Assembly (NCBI GenBank): GCA_013239625.1
Contig: MU053196.1
Span: forward strand, 62,001-126,000
Source: Lama guanicoe
Taxonomy: Eukaryota
Direction: 5' to 3'
Length of the DNA stretch: 64,000 nt
The notes under the pieces are model-generated. The model ran no database searches, was not told the origin of the DNA, and saw only the letters and a list, made by a program, of their open reading frames with translations. The translations under genes were made by a program, and so were the position numbers. How positions within the stretch are numbered: position 1 is the first letter of the stretch; every line of letters starts with the position of its first letter. Shown here piece by piece: positions 42,651 to 56,760 of the stretch.

Positions 42651-43240
42651 TGTGACATAATAAGAAGTATGTACTTGGTCACTGCACCGGGTTCCTGACA
42701 CAGAGCTCCTAAGACCCTTGTGATGTGCTAAGCGTTAAGGATGCTGGGAGTATCTTTTGTTCTAATGCTTTGTCTTTGGCTTCAGTCCCTGATACAGAGC
42801 CCCTCAGTCCCTTGGAATTTCCTGAGTGATAGGAGCATCTTTTGTTCTAATGAGCTGACTCTTGGTGGCCCCCTGGGTGGCGTCAGGATGAAGGCCGGTC
42901 ACCAGAAAGACCAAGCCATGATTAGAAGCTTGGAACTTTTGGCTTCGGGGGAAGGAAGGGGGCTGGAGTTTATCTACATGATGCAGCCTCCATAACACTC
43001 TCTAAACTACGCGATTCTGAGAGCTTCCAGGTTGGTGAACACATCCATGTGCTGAGAGGGTGGCACACCCCAACCTCAAGGGACAGAAGCTCCTGCACTT
43101 GGGACCCTTTCAGACCTATGTTTCTCTTCATCTGCTTGTTCATCTGTATCCTTTGTAATAAACCAATAAACATACATTTTAAAAAAACCCAAAAACCTGA
43201 CCATCCGTAAGAGATTCTGTGAATCTTCACGGCAGTGTAT
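42651..43240 (+). mobile_element. MER21-like LTR
   Basis: TGTGACATAATAAG start, duplicated CCTGAYACAGAGC...ATCTTTTGTTCTAATG block, GGTCACCAGAAAGACCAAG, AATAAA near the end. Confidence 0.75.
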
Positions 43241-44855
43241 TAGTAAGGTTTCTTTTATCATTTAAATGTTTCCAAATTCTGCATGCTTACAGCTCAGATT
43301 CCGAAGCCCCAAAATGAATCTATATACAGCCAGTCTTAGGAACCAGTATTAAATTAGAAGTTGTCGTGCCTGGGTGTGGCATAGCTGGGCTTCCCAATCA
43401 TAGTTTTTGAGTCTCTATGACAAACATGTTACATTTCATTTTGGGAAAATGAAGTAACCACATGATGGCACTATAACCTACAAAGTAAGAGGCTGCTAAT
43501 TTATGAAGACCAAGAACTTGGTAAACTCTAGTTAAAGTACCTATGATAAAGGAGCACACTTAAAAATAAGGCATTTTATATGCAAAATAATGTGGATATC
43601 ATTTCCCTTCTGTTTTACAGACACAGTGGCTGATCTTTCATTTCAGGTGCATTTTTTACACGGCTCAATTGATAACAGGACCTCAGTCCGCATCTTTCTA
43701 GAAAACAGTAAATAATCATTTCCAGCACATGGCACTGAACTGTATGAATTGAACAAAAGCAAATAAACAGGTATTTAAGAGCCTAATATGAGGTTGCAAC
43801 TGTTTGGGGAACTACTTACTGCATTCCCCATAATATCGTATATTCCTATCAGCGATTCTAAGGAATAATTCAGAAGTTATTAGGGAAAAAGTGTTGAATA
43901 AGACAGATGCCATCATGGAGTTTATATTCTGGCAGGGGAGACAGGCTTTAAATTATGGTAAGTGCTTGAAAAGAGAAGTCTCAGTAAAATGAAAGTATAT
44001 GAATGGTTAAAGGGGCTGACTGTGGTCTGCCAAGAAAAGGGAAGAGACAATGAGCTAAGCTCTGAAGAATAAACAGAATTCACTAGGCAAAAGAAAAGGA
44101 AAAGTACTATAGTCAGAGGGAACGGCATGTGCAGAGGACCTGAGGTGGTTTGTGCCAACAACTGAGAGCATAAAAATCCATCCTATCTTGACTTTCACCA
44201 GTCAAGAATTAGTTCAGAATATTTTTTTACCAATTCATTAATCTCTGGACCTGAAACTTGTATCTTACTTATAGATTAACTGTATTCTAAAAGTCTGATG
44301 AAAAATTAACTGTTTAGAAAGAAAAACATTTCTCCACTATAACAATAGTAGAATAGTACTAAGAAGCCTATTTAAGCCATAATGTAATCACTATTGACTA
44401 TTCTTCTCAAATGAAGTCTATCCTCCATAGTTCTTAATGTGGAATTATACAATACTTTGCATAGTAGTATGGATTATAAGTAATTAACAAATAGAAGAAA
44501 AATAAAGCAGAAGTAATTTAAAAAATTATTTTGTATGCTGAGGATGGACGATGGTTTAAGTAGAGACACATTTAGGTCATTAATTGACAATTCTGTAGAA
44601 ATGCTAAACAGAACTTCTTTGCACATTAAAGAGATCTTTAGAGGCTAAGGGCATCCTGGGGGTGTGGGACGCAGGCATAGCCTCCCGAATGAGGGAGGGA
44701 GAGAACTGAAGCCATGGCGGGCCCAACTGTAAAGTGAGCACTCAAAGGCCGAATGGGAGTGTGGCAAGTATAAAACAGCCTCTCTCCTCCAGTGAAGAAA
44801 GTCATAGGAGGAAGGTAGATCAGACTTTTTCCCCACCTGCATGGGTGGTGAGGTC

Positions 44856-45336
44856 TGTCAAGGACATTTTATGAGGTAATGGTTCCTGTGACTTACAAAG
44901 CCGACACTAGTGAAAAGAGTCCAGCGAGAACTGACTCATCACTGATGTGTAGAGGCGACTGGATGTTTTACAGGGAGGATGGGAGAGCGGGAGAGGGGTG
45001 AATGGGTCTCAGCAGTCAGGGAAGCGATCAACTACCAAAAGCCGGAAGGCAGGGTTGGGTCCCGTGCCCCTATTCACGTGTGTTAAGTGGTGCTAAAGGA
45101 AGCTCCTAGGACGCAGGGTCTCTGTCATTAGGTGTTGCTGGGGCAAGCTGTGATTCTATGGGCAACTCTGAGTTTTCTCAGGCAGGCACTGAGTGGGGCT
45201 GGGGTCATCCCAGCATGCGGCCATGAGCTGTTAGAAACTAAGTTTGCTTTTATTTAAGTCTTTAGAGGCCAAGGGTAGAGGCCTAAGTGAGAAAAGGGCT
45301 CAGTGGAGAATTTGGTCCAGACGAGAATCTTTGTCA
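44856..45336 (-). mobile_element. Solo LTR (MER31-like, ERV1)
   Basis: Minus strand begins TGACAAAGATTCTC and ends CCTTGACA. Confidence 0.65.
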
Positions 45337-47949
45337 GCCACAGGGGTGCTGAGAGGTGGCAGTGCACAGCGGGCTGTTACAGACCTGATTTTCACAGGCT
45401 GTAAGCCCAAAACGTGAGACGTGCACGTATTAGGGGTTAAACTTTAGGTGATTTCTGAATGTCTCTACCTCTCATACTATTCTGTGATTACGACATAAAG
45501 TGACTATACAGAGCAGTAATGATAGCTAATATTTATTGAGCATTTTATGTGATATGTATTATACTAAAGCCTTTACATTATTTATTAGTTAACTTATTCC
45601 TCACAAATATCTTTAGGGGTATTATGATCCCTCTTCTGCAGCTAAAGGAAACAGGCTGAGGGAAGGGCTAAGGTTGCAGAGCAAAAACGTGGCACAGGGC
45701 TCTTTACCAACATGAAATAGACTGACAATGACAATCTCTCTCTTCCTCATAAACTGGTTTCTTCCTTGCTCGAGTTGTTAAGGGCTTGAAGGGGGCTGGG
45801 TATACATATAAACAGACTTCTTCCCTCTTACTTTTTCTCTCCTATTCTCTCCTCCCCACCTCCCCGCCCGCAGCCCTCTCTGCAACAACTCCATTTAGGA
45901 TTCCAGAGCACCTGACCCCAAGTCATAGCACTGACAAGTCCTGTGTTCCCTCTTCTTGGTCTGATCAGTTACCTGCCTCACCATGAGTCAAACCAACCTG
46001 ATACTTTTTACCCAGCTCCTGATCTGTGTGTTCAGTTTGGCTCGCCTTAACTTCTCCTGAGTTTTGACAACTGTCATTTCAGTGTTATGGAATTTAGTCC
46101 TCAGAATTTAGTCCCTGACCACGCAGTTGTTGGAATGAGCTCTCTGTTCCTGAAGGTGCTGTTTTATTTTAACCCAGTAACCTAATCCTCTTGTAAAATG
46201 GGGCTCCATTTTCTTTAACGGGTTTTATATAATAATCTTTGGATTTAACTCTGGGACTAGTTTCAAATTTCTTTTTAATAGTTAAAAAGATCTATAAAGT
46301 ACTTAGAAAGCAGTTCATATGCTCTATGAATTATTACTGATGTCTTTACATGCTACTGTTCCTTTGGCATCTTGATACATACTTAAAAATATAAAAATAA
46401 AAGAAATGTGAATTATTATTATTCTACCAAAAAATATTCAGAAAACAGAACCAAGCCCCTACATTAATTCTATCAAACCCTATACTGCAATTCCCAGGGT
46501 TGAGCACAGGTCAGTTTTAGACAAGCTTCATAGTTTTCCGGTCCTTACCTCTCTCTGAAGACAGTTACAATATAATTCTGTGTGGAAACAGTAAATCCGG
46601 GAGGCAATTGAATTTGTTGTTAATTAAGAACATATAGACAAATATTTGAAAGTAGATTATCATTGTATTTTTATGATTTTAAAAAGTAGACATGATAGGT
46701 TAATGACCACAGACAAATTTTAAAGAATTCAGAGGCCTGAGTTTGTATTATGATATTCATCCTTTAAATATCACTCTAAATATTCTGCTAAGTTCAGAGC
46801 ACATTAGCATTGGAAGTTTAAGTTTACCAAACTCAAAAAACAAAGCACACACACCCATATATAAAAGGATATTTCCTACGTTGGAACTTACTAGAGTGAA
46901 ACATTTCTTGCCAAACAGCAAATTGGAGACAACATAAATCAAGTACCTATTATTCGGACTTGTTTTACCATTCTCAAATATTTAAATTTGGCACCCTGTA
47001 TTTGTTAGAGTCTTAAATCCTAAAATTTGAATAGAAACGGGCTGTATAAAATACTTCAAAGTGAATTTGTTTTCTAATCCTCTTCTGCAGTAAATTAGTA
47101 GAATAAACACAGTAGGAGGTAATCATCTGAAGGATGCAAATTCCCAGATCTCTGCTGTAATGGAAGCAGTAAAGAACTGAGTCACCAGTCCTGGATTTTA
47201 GCCCTGATATTACTATTTATTAGCCAAAGCAGATCTCATAACCTCTCAGCCTCCACTTTCTAACTTATAAAGCAAAGAGGTTGACTTAGATTTTTAAGGC
47301 TTTTTCTAGATCTCAGATTCCACAGAAGTCAATTAAGGAACTTAGGCAAATCATAAAGTATGCATCATGGCTAACACTTATTTACTGCTTACTTTGGGCC
47401 AGGCACAAAGTTCTACATACTTTACATGAATTAATTCTCACAACAAACTGTGATGCAGGTACTAACATTCTTTTAAGAAAAGACACAGTCTCTGCTTTCT
47501 GGGCTTTATGATTAAGAATATGTACACATAGGAGTGAACTATTGGTAGTATAGGGAACATAGTAAAAAAATATTTTAAAAACAAGAAATTGCCATTGCTC
47601 TGGTTCTTGTGGCCTGATATTAATTTCTATTCTGTGACAGGAACAACTGTTGTGGATACAATTCCTCCTGAAGTGATGTATGGTAATTAGATGTGAACAA
47701 AGCTTGGATTTAGACTAGGCCCTGCTCGGTGCAAATTATGCAGATACTTTTTGACACCACGGTGGCTGGTCATACAAAATGAGGCTGCTCTCTGACGATG
47801 CTGCTCTTCCTCACCCCGGAGAGCCCACTTTCAATGTCGCTATCATCTTCAAGCCTAAATATGAGAAACTGAAAAAATCGGTTACTGGCATTTCTAATCA
47901 AATGCTTGAATTAGTTGCAAGAAATGACCCCAAGAGGCAGGTGATTTGT

Positions 47950-48300
47950 CTCAGGATCCCCCAAAGATGCCCACGTCCAAATCCCTGGAACCTGTGAACA
48001 TGTTAGGTTATGTGGTAAACGGGAATTAAGGTTGCTATCACCTGGTTTTGAGATGGAGAGATTGTCCTGGATTCTCAGGGAGGGCTCTCTGTCATCACAA
48101 GGGTTCTTTTCAGCGGAGCAGGGAGGCAGGGGAGAGAATCAGATGGCAGCTCACTGGGAAGGACTCAACCAGCTTTGCTGGCTTCTAAGATGGAGGAAGA
48201 GGGCCACAAGCCAGGGAGTGCGGGTGGCCTCTACAAGGTGGGGAGGGCAAGGAAATGCACTCTTCCTGGAGGCGACCCCTTGATTTTAGCCCGTAGAGCT
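47950..48300 (+). mobile_element. MaLR LTR (MLT1-like)
   Basis: CCCCAAAGATGCCCACGTCCAAATCCCTGGAACCTGTGAA...GAAGAGGGCCACAAGCCAGGGA. Confidence 0.75.
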
Positions 48301-48739
48301 GTCAGGCAGTAACTCAGTGTTGCGGGACTTTTTCGAAGCAGCAGCAGGATACCACATGTCCCTCTCAGACACCAGCTACCGTCTCCTGTTCTCGGGAAGG
48401 GCAGGTTCTCATCCCTGCTTTCAAGGATTTGACGGACTCTTCTGCTGTAGTATATGCTGGTTTCCACTGGTACTTGCATTTCAAGCCTGTCTGATGGATT
48501 CTGTGTAAGAATGTACTTCGTTAAAGACGCTTAGGAATGAACAAGCAGGTGGAGGACAACGTCCTGGGAGGAAAGTGACCACAATTCCCCCAAGTAGCCT
48601 GTTCGTCCAGCGTGGGGTCAGCCTGACCAGGTGAAGGTCCTGAGTTTTCAGGTTTAGCGATCTGGTCTTTTCCCTTCTCTCCTTCTGTGACCCCTTCCAA
48701 CTGGGCTGAAGGGAGCTGCACCGACTACTCACAGACAAA

Positions 48740-50600
48740 CACCCAGCGCCCGCCCTGCCTTAAGCACCCGCAGGGCTTGGTCAGTGTCTGAGTTCAGCTT
48801 TTTATTAGGTTGGGAGCGCCGCTAACGAGGAGCCTGACTTTCCTGAGGGGGTGGGGACGCACGTCCTAGGAGGAAGGAGCGCAGAGTCCGGTCCTTGTGG
48901 GGAGGGGGGTACGGGGACCCACCAGCTGCGCTTGTCCCCCGGGTAGTGTCGGGGGCGGGGACGGGGACTCAGCGGCCAGCGCTCGCCCCCCGGCCAGTGT
49001 CGGGGGGAGACGGGGACTCAGCGGCCAGCACGCCACCACCGTCCAGCGCCGAGAGGTCAGGACGCCCCGGAGGACGCACGGCGCACAGCTCCCCGCCCCG
49101 CACCCGGGACCGTGCTCTCCTTTCCTTCTCTCAGCCGCCGTCCAAGCAGCGTCCTCGGCGGCGGCCGGGGACCCCTCCTCGGAGCCCGGCCGGGACCGCC
49201 CCCGTGGGCAAGCCCAGGGTCCAGCTGGACGAACGCGGAGCTCTCCTCCCCCGGGCGGGGCCCCTCCTGCCCCCCAGCCTTCCTGTCCCGTCACATCTCC
49301 CAGTGCGGACCTGGCCAGTCCCCGTCACACCGCCGCGCAGACCAGGTCGCGGAAGGCAGCTGGCAGGCCCTCCGAGCTCGCGGCCCGCGGCGTCAGGTGG
49401 GGTCAGCCGGCTGCGGCGCGCAGGGCTCGGCGAGCTGCGGGGACGCCCCGAGGAGAGGCGGCCTCCACATGGACGCCGCGGCGACCGCGGTTACCTCAGT
49501 TTCTAAGCGACTGGCCACCCGGCATAGGATTGGATTGTCGGCGCCGCACTCCCGCGGGCCGCCGGCAGGGGGCAGGGCTCGAGCGCAGATTCCCCCGGAG
49601 TCCCCGGGGCAGGCGCGGCGCGAGCGGGCGAGCTAGCGGGCCGGCGGACGCGGCGCCGCGGTGGGTCGCGCCCAGCGGGGAGGCCGCGGCGGCCGCATCA
49701 GCGCTGACGTGAGGCGACGTGGGCCGGCGCCGGTCCCAGTGGGGCTCGTCGTCCCTCCTCCTCGCGTCCGTAAGCAGTGACGAGGCCGCTACGTAAATCG
49801 CTTCGCGGCGGTAAGTGGCGCGCCAGCCGGCGGGGCCCGCGGAGCCTGAGGCGGCGGCGCCGGAGTTGGGGCCGCGCGGGTCCGGGCGGGCGGGTCCCCA
49901 GGCGGGTACCAGAGCCTGCCCACCGTTTGCCCCGCGCCGCCCCCGCGGCCTACGCGCTCGGGGGCGCTTTCCGGAGCGGCCCTGAGGGAGGGAGGCGGCG
50001 GAGGAGCGCTTCCCGGGCGCCGCCGGACCCCGGCCCCGCGCCCGCGCGCCCGCGCGCCCGCCCGGGGAGCAGTAGTAGCGGCCGCCGGCCGGCCGGCCCG
50101 GGCGGAGAGACCGGGCATCCCCAGGCGGACCCTCGCCGGCGCCCCCGGGGCACGTGCGGACCCCGCCGCGCTGGGGGCGGCCCGGGGGCGCGGGGAAGGG
50201 GCTCTCTCCCTGGCCCACGTTCCCCCGGTCTCGGTGCTGCTTCCCCTGCAGGAGTCAGTCTTTGATCCTCTGAACTCAGAGGAACTTTTTCCCCCCAAAG
50301 AAAGGCAAATTGCAAACAATGTGTTTTCGCCAACTAATACCAAGTATTAAAGCTGATGTTAAAAGAGCTGCTTGTGGATCCGGGCACAGCTTTTAGGAGG
50401 ATACGTAAGTGGGCTTGGCCCGGGGCGAGTAAGCGCCGAGGGCATTGTCCGCTGAGTGCCGGGTAGTCCGGGTGCTCCTGCACAGGTGCGGGTGCTGGTG
50501 CTGCCCGGCCACCTGCGGGTCCACGCGGGGTCCCCGCGCTGACCCGGAAGCCTGGTGACACAGACGTTTGTGTGCGCGCTTTGTAAGCGAATAAATTTTT
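48740..50600. promoter_or_regulatory. CpG island / CREM upstream promoter
   Basis: Very high GC and CpG density; CRE-like TGACGTGA at 49705-49712, half-CRE TGACG at 49778-49782, inverted CCAAT (ATTGG) at 49529-49533. Confidence 0.9.
49720..49810 (+). other. CREM: CREM non-coding exon 1 (start approximate)
   Basis: Donor GCG|GTAAGT at 49810/49811; AGTGACGAGGCCGCTACGTAAATC resembles the recalled human CREM 5'UTR. Confidence 0.78.
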
Positions 50601-53091
50601 ATTGAATGTATAAACAGAGGAGCTCTTCAGTCCTTTTGTTTTCACATTGTCCCCGAAGGTTGGTGAAACTTGCTTGTGCTGGTGAACTTAACCAACTCCA
50701 GACTCCGCAGACGACTCTCTTCCCTGCTGAGGCCAGCTACTGCAGGACTACGGTGTGAACGCATGTGTAGAATTGCGGTCATTTCACGAAAAGTAGGGAA
50801 GAGTTTCCTTCAGAGTATTAACATTCATAAGGAATTCTGAGTGAATCTTTATCAGCATAGACGTGTATTCCTGACCCAAACCATTTTCCGTAGCCTGGTA
50901 TTCTCTACAGGTTAATACTGGGCCAGAAAAGTAACCCAGGTTTACTGTTGAAGTGGGTAGTCTATGGGACAGTGCTCAAATGTGTTGTCCCATTTAGACA
51001 GACTTTTCAAAATAAAACTGAACAATGAAAACACTTAACAGCCGAATCATTGATATTTTGGCGTGCAATCAACATGGCCTGTTAAGGAAATAAGCCTGAA
51101 GTGTCTGAATCCTCAGAACTGTTTCTACTTTATTGAACTGATGTTGACATACATGAAAGTTAACTTTGACAAGTTATTGTACATTGAATACAATTTCAAT
51201 ATTATCAATACAGATACGTAGATTTAAAAATAAAAATTTCAGGGAAAGTTTCTCATCTGTTTCGCCTATGTAGAAATAAGCATTTAAAATAATATTGTTA
51301 ATTTCCTTTTAAAGAACACATAAGGCATTTAAAATACTTTTCACCATAGGAACTGCACAATAAAGAGTACCCTGTTTTGAAGAGTAAATCTTTCATTCAT
51401 GGGTTTTCTTTTCATGATGCTCTAAGATATCTAGGAGAGAAAAGGGAGAATGAAGAGGAAAACCTAAGGATGACATTAGTGAGAATTTATCTCGATATTA
51501 CTCATGAGACAAATTGAGTGTCTTGGTATAATTCAGCTACAGCAAATTGAAAAAAAAATCTCTGCACATCTCTCTTTTGACGCTCCCAGGAGTGTTACAG
51601 GAAATTACTGGCAAGGTGTATGTGAAACAATTTTGAGAAAAAGCATAGACTAGTAAGTTACTTGGGACTGTTTAGATAATTGCCTCACTGGTGAGGATGA
51701 ATGCTTGCCTCCAAGAAAACCTTACTAGTGACTTTTTTGGTAAGGCTCTTTTAAAGTCTCCCAGTTCTCCCCAAATGGGAAGCATCTTCATGCATACTTT
51801 TTGGACAGTGATACAACCAGACCAATCAAATGTCAAAATGAAATCCTGTGAAATTTTAACAGTGGGGCTTATGTGATTCTAATATTTTTGCTTTTGAGAA
51901 TTCCATATAATAAACTTGGTTTCTTCAAAGTTACCTTAAGGAAGTTTTGTTTGTTTGTTGTTGTTTTTTTAACATAGCAGACTTAAACCATCTTAGCTCA
52001 GAATGACAAATGTCATAGTGTTTTGCTCATATTCTCAAACAGTCTCAATTTTTTAAATTGAAAGCACAAAAATGATTTTTTTTGGCTTAGAAATGCTAAG
52101 GAATTTATATCCTAACATTGATTGTGGTGGAAGCTTCCAGCTCTGGAATCGAGGCAACTATGTCATACATAAAGACATGTGTTGCTGTATGTGGACGCTT
52201 AGGATGCTTTGTACCTCTGAAAATTGTTGGAGGAGTGAAATTTAACTGATTTAGGCATGTTTCTGCACTTAGATACCAGTTTGTTCACATACACAGGATA
52301 GGACCTATCTAGGTAAGTACAGTAACGCTGAAATTCATTTCTCTGAACTTCAGCTAATTCAAGTGTCTTATCTACTCTTTCTGAGATTTCCTAGTTAGTA
52401 GTCAGTGCAGTTGTACTTGGTGTGCAGAGAAGTGCTGTGAAATGTACTGAAAGTGCAGTGACGAAGCTGCTGAAAAGAAAAACCCTGCAATGTCTACAAG
52501 CAAACAGCTGCCCCTAAAGACTGAAAGTTTTGTTTCCCTTCATGAAGAGGTAGGGGGTGTTGGAGAGGTGGAGGTAGGCCATGATTACTTGAATTTCATT
52601 TCCTCCTCTGCAGTTGTTTTTCCTGTTCATTGACTCTGAAGTAGACAAAAGCAAGCGCCAGGTGGGAAATGAATTGGAAGAGATGCTTGACTAGTTAGTC
52701 CTTCGGTAATTTTAGTAAAGAATTAAGACTTCCTAAATAATAATAGGTATCTGAAGCAATGAAATTGGAGTGACCTTATGTCTGTATTAGAATGCTGCCT
52801 GATTTTCTATGTGGTTCATATTTAAAATAGTAAAGACAGTAGTTATAAGCGTTTCAAATAATTATTTACAAGTACTGCTCCTGGCTACTTCTGTTTTCAC
52901 ACAGAAGTGTAAAGATTGTTACTTGAAGATTATTCTAACTTCACTTCGCAAAGTTTACAAAACTTTGAGTGGCATAATTTCCTATTCTACTGTGTTGCTT
53001 CGTTTTTCCTGTGCTTGTCTCCTTCTCCTGAAATGTGTAACAACCATAGGCTCAGCCCTGCCAACCTCGGGTGTATGGCCTTTTGTAATGA

Positions 53092-54225
53092 TTGTTGACT
53101 CTTGAACAACATGGAAGTTGGGGCACCGACCCCTGCACAGTCAGAAATCCCTGCGTAACTTTTTTCTTTTTAATTGGAACATAGTCAGTTTACAGTGTCG
53201 TGTCAGTTTCTGGTGTACAGCATCATGTTTCAGTCATACATATATATACATATATTCCTTTTCATATTCTTTTTCATTAGAGGTTACTACAAGATATGGA
53301 ATATAGTTCCCTGTGCTGTACAGAAGAAACTTGTCTATCTCTTTGACTCGTCCAAAACTTCCCTAATAGCCTACTGTTGACCAGAAACCTTAATAACATA
53401 AACAGTCAACACATATTTTATACATGTATAATATACTGTACTCTTAAAGTAAGCTAGAGAAAGGAAAATGTTATTGAGAAAAACATAAGAGATACATTTA
53501 CAGTACTGTACTGTATTTACTGATACTTTAAGTTTACATCATCTGTTTACAAGATGAATCATTTGTCAGTACCAATGTCAGGACTGTCTTAGAAGATACA
53601 AAATGCTGTAGATGTTACACATACTAATACTAGGCATAAAAAAATGAACCGATAATGTGAGAAATGTGCATTTATTTACAGGGATAATGATTCATGCATT
53701 GATGACAAAGCAGCAGCAATGTGATTGCTTCATGGTCGCCTAGTGTAGTTGCCACAGTTGCTCACAGCAGCCTAGCCTATACGCTAATGAATGAGTCAGT
53801 ATAGAAATTTATGGCATACAATATTGTAGTCATATTCATAATGTATTGGAAACACTTAAATTAAAATTTAAAAATAGCCCACTTATTTGTGGTGATAGCT
53901 GATAGGCAGTTTCTCCAATTGTGACACTGTACAGTAATGTAATTCTTTGAAAGCAAAGTTATAAAACAGTAAGAAAACTAATACATTATTAAATTTATTT
54001 TAAATATCACTCACCTTATGACTTTGTGAGGGTAGATTTGTGTCATAATTTTATGCATTCATGGCATACCTTTTTCTTAATTGTTTTGATATTTCTAGGC
54101 TACGAAGTTCATCTGTCTTTTCAAATTGTTGCAAATCTCCAACATTTCCCAGTATATTTATTGAAAAGAACCTGCAGGTATGCAGACCCATGCTGCTGAA
54201 GCCTATGTTGTTCAGGGGTCGGCTG
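53092..54225. mobile_element. Tigger2/MER28-like non-autonomous DNA transposon with a nested minus-strand L1 3' end (~53160-53335)
   Basis: Terminal inverted repeats GTTGACTCTTGAACAACA ... TGTTGTTCAGGGGTCGGCTG, followed by TA. Confidence 0.8.
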
Positions 54226-56760
54226 TACATCTCCCTGCCAGCTCGCCTGCTTTTGCCCAACTTTGTAATCCACGTGGTTGAGAAGGACCAGCTATATAAT
54301 AGGAGCTTTGTATTCTCCCATTATTGTTCAAACCTTAGTTGCTGTTGCTACTTAAATTATAGTTAACCTGTGAAGACCTGCTTTCCCAAAGAGCTGAAAC
54401 CCTTCTTCATCCAGAACCCGAGAAATAGGCTGTACTTTTCTGTGCTCTCTTCCTGCTTCCGTTAGAAGTGTACTGCCCTTTTAGTCCACGTCCTTGTCTT
54501 TTTGTTTTGATCATGCTAATTGCAGTGGGGTTTTGGGGTTTTGTTTTGCTTTTCTTGCAATAACCATTGCTAATAAGTGATAGAAGTCAATGCCCAGATC
54601 AGCCTCCATTGCTGTGCTGTTTATAGCGCATACTGCTCTTGTGTGACCACTGCGAGTCGAGGACAGAGGAAGCAGGAAAAGGAGGGAGAGGGCTCCCAAA
54701 TCAGGGGGCTGAGTGAACGGCCATGTCAGTTCCTAACTGAGATTAAAGTACAGCAAGAGGGGAGACGTGGAGCAAGGGAGTTGAGGTTAGTTAAACTTTT
54801 TGGGCCTGAGGATATGTGAGCACATGGAGTATGCAGATATGTACAGACTGGAGCTCAGAAGGGCGAGGTCCAGGCTGGAGGTGAGATGTGAGACCCATTG
54901 AGTGGGGATGGAGTGCCTAGGGAGAGAGCATGGAGGTTTCTGTGACTGGAAGCCCTGGAACGCCAGCCCTCCCAGTGGGCCCAAGAGCCTGTAACGAAGG
55001 ACTGGGTAATTTGGAGGGGAAACATGAGCGTGGTGTCCTGAAGAGTTCCAGGAGGATGGCATGTGGGGGTTAGGCAGTGCTGGGGGTGTTCAGGGAGGTA
55101 GGAACTGAAAGTCATCCTCTTAGATTTGGCACGCAGGAGATCAGTCGGTGATGACTTCTTAGTAGTTGGGACGAAGTAATTCTCTGATAAGCCTGAGTCA
55201 GGACTAGGTGTATCTGGGGGTCACTATCCTGTTGTGAGACTAGTCGTTTTCTCTCTTGACGTCTTGTGGCCGTGGCAGCAGGAAGCTGGTAGTGTCTTCA
55301 GAGTTGGCGCCTCTGGGGAGAGGAGATGGGGACTGTCCCTGGACTTCACCAAGTACCTCTTCTCCTTTTTGAGTTCTGAATCCTAATGTACTACTTATTC
55401 AAAAGTTTAACTTTTGAATAAAACTTTTGAAAGAAAGTGGGATTTCCAGGAGAAATTGGGAGTGACTTACCTTACGTGGTGCCATGTTCACCATTATTAT
55501 TCAGATAATATCATCATTATTCCTCGTTCAAACGTCTGGCTCCCTCATTAGAATCCACGCTCCTGCTGTAGGGGAGCAGGGACATTTTACTGTCTGTGTC
55601 TCGGTGCCCTGCATAAGGGGCTGGCCTATCACGGGTGCTGAGCACTGTTTACTAAATAAATGGCCCCTGCTTCCATGGTTACATAGTCCTTATGGAAGGA
55701 AGATAGGTGTCCCCATGTGCAATGCCAGCACAGTACAGCACAGAAGAAGGTTTAATCCAAGGGAATGGCACCATTCTTGCTTTTTGTCCACATTGTGGGT
55801 GGCCTGGTTCAAATGCCCTGCCCTCTCCCGTTGTCCCTGGGGGGAGTGTGCAGGTGGTAGCAATAACCTTTGTCCCTGTGCCCTTAGTGAGGGGCAGCAA
55901 ACCTGCCCATTGACTCCGTTTCCAAGTTGGTTGGGATGATGTGACAGCATTTTCGAGGCACCACTTGGGAGGGAGCCCTGAGAGCAGCCTGTCTGGCCAC
56001 CTGCCCTGGTCCTGGCCTCATTGCCTGGAAGGTGCTCCGGGTCGGGCCTGTTGTTCTTTCAAACCTCAAGTGCACTGAGGGCTCCTTGCTCTCCTTTCGT
56101 CTTTCTCTTTGCCAGTTTTCCCTCATTCAGCAGGTCAAGTGTATATTTTTAAAAAGATATTAGTAAAAAAAAAAATGGAGTTTACTTGTTAGAGTGTCTA
56201 AAACAGTTTTTTAAAAATGGATTGACGGCCCCTGGAGGAGACTTAAAGAAACTCTTACTATTTAGTTTGGAATTAAAATTCTCAGATAAAACCCAGGTTT
56301 GAAGTTAAGGTAAATGAAAAATAGTCGACAAATTTGTCACAGTGGAGTTAAATTTAAGAAAATGATAAATTCATTCAGTTTGCTAAGTGATTATCATCAT
56401 TTTTAAACAGCGGTACCTCTGAGCCATGTGTGGTGTGCATCAAATGATTCAGACAGTGTTGCTTTCTCTTCAGTAGAGAACAGCCTGATCAATAATTAGA
56501 AATTTTTTTCTCAGAAGATGAGGAAATTGAATACAAGTAACTTTGAAAGAAAATATGCAGTTGTTTTCAGCTTTCTATGCTGTGTTTTTTCAGTTATGTA
56601 GAAATCAGGGTATTCTGGGGTATTGTGGTATAGTTTTGAGAGATTTTAATTTCTTTAAATAAAATTGTATAATCTCCCAATTCAACATTATAATTTTACT
56701 GCAGGCTAAATACAGAAGGAAACGGGAAGGAGCGAAGCACTGATTACAGATGTCTTAATA

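Noticed and set aside
48866..50343. Overlapping 127-271 aa ORFs on both strands
   Set aside because: Stop-codon scarcity in the CREM CpG island; no recognisable domain.
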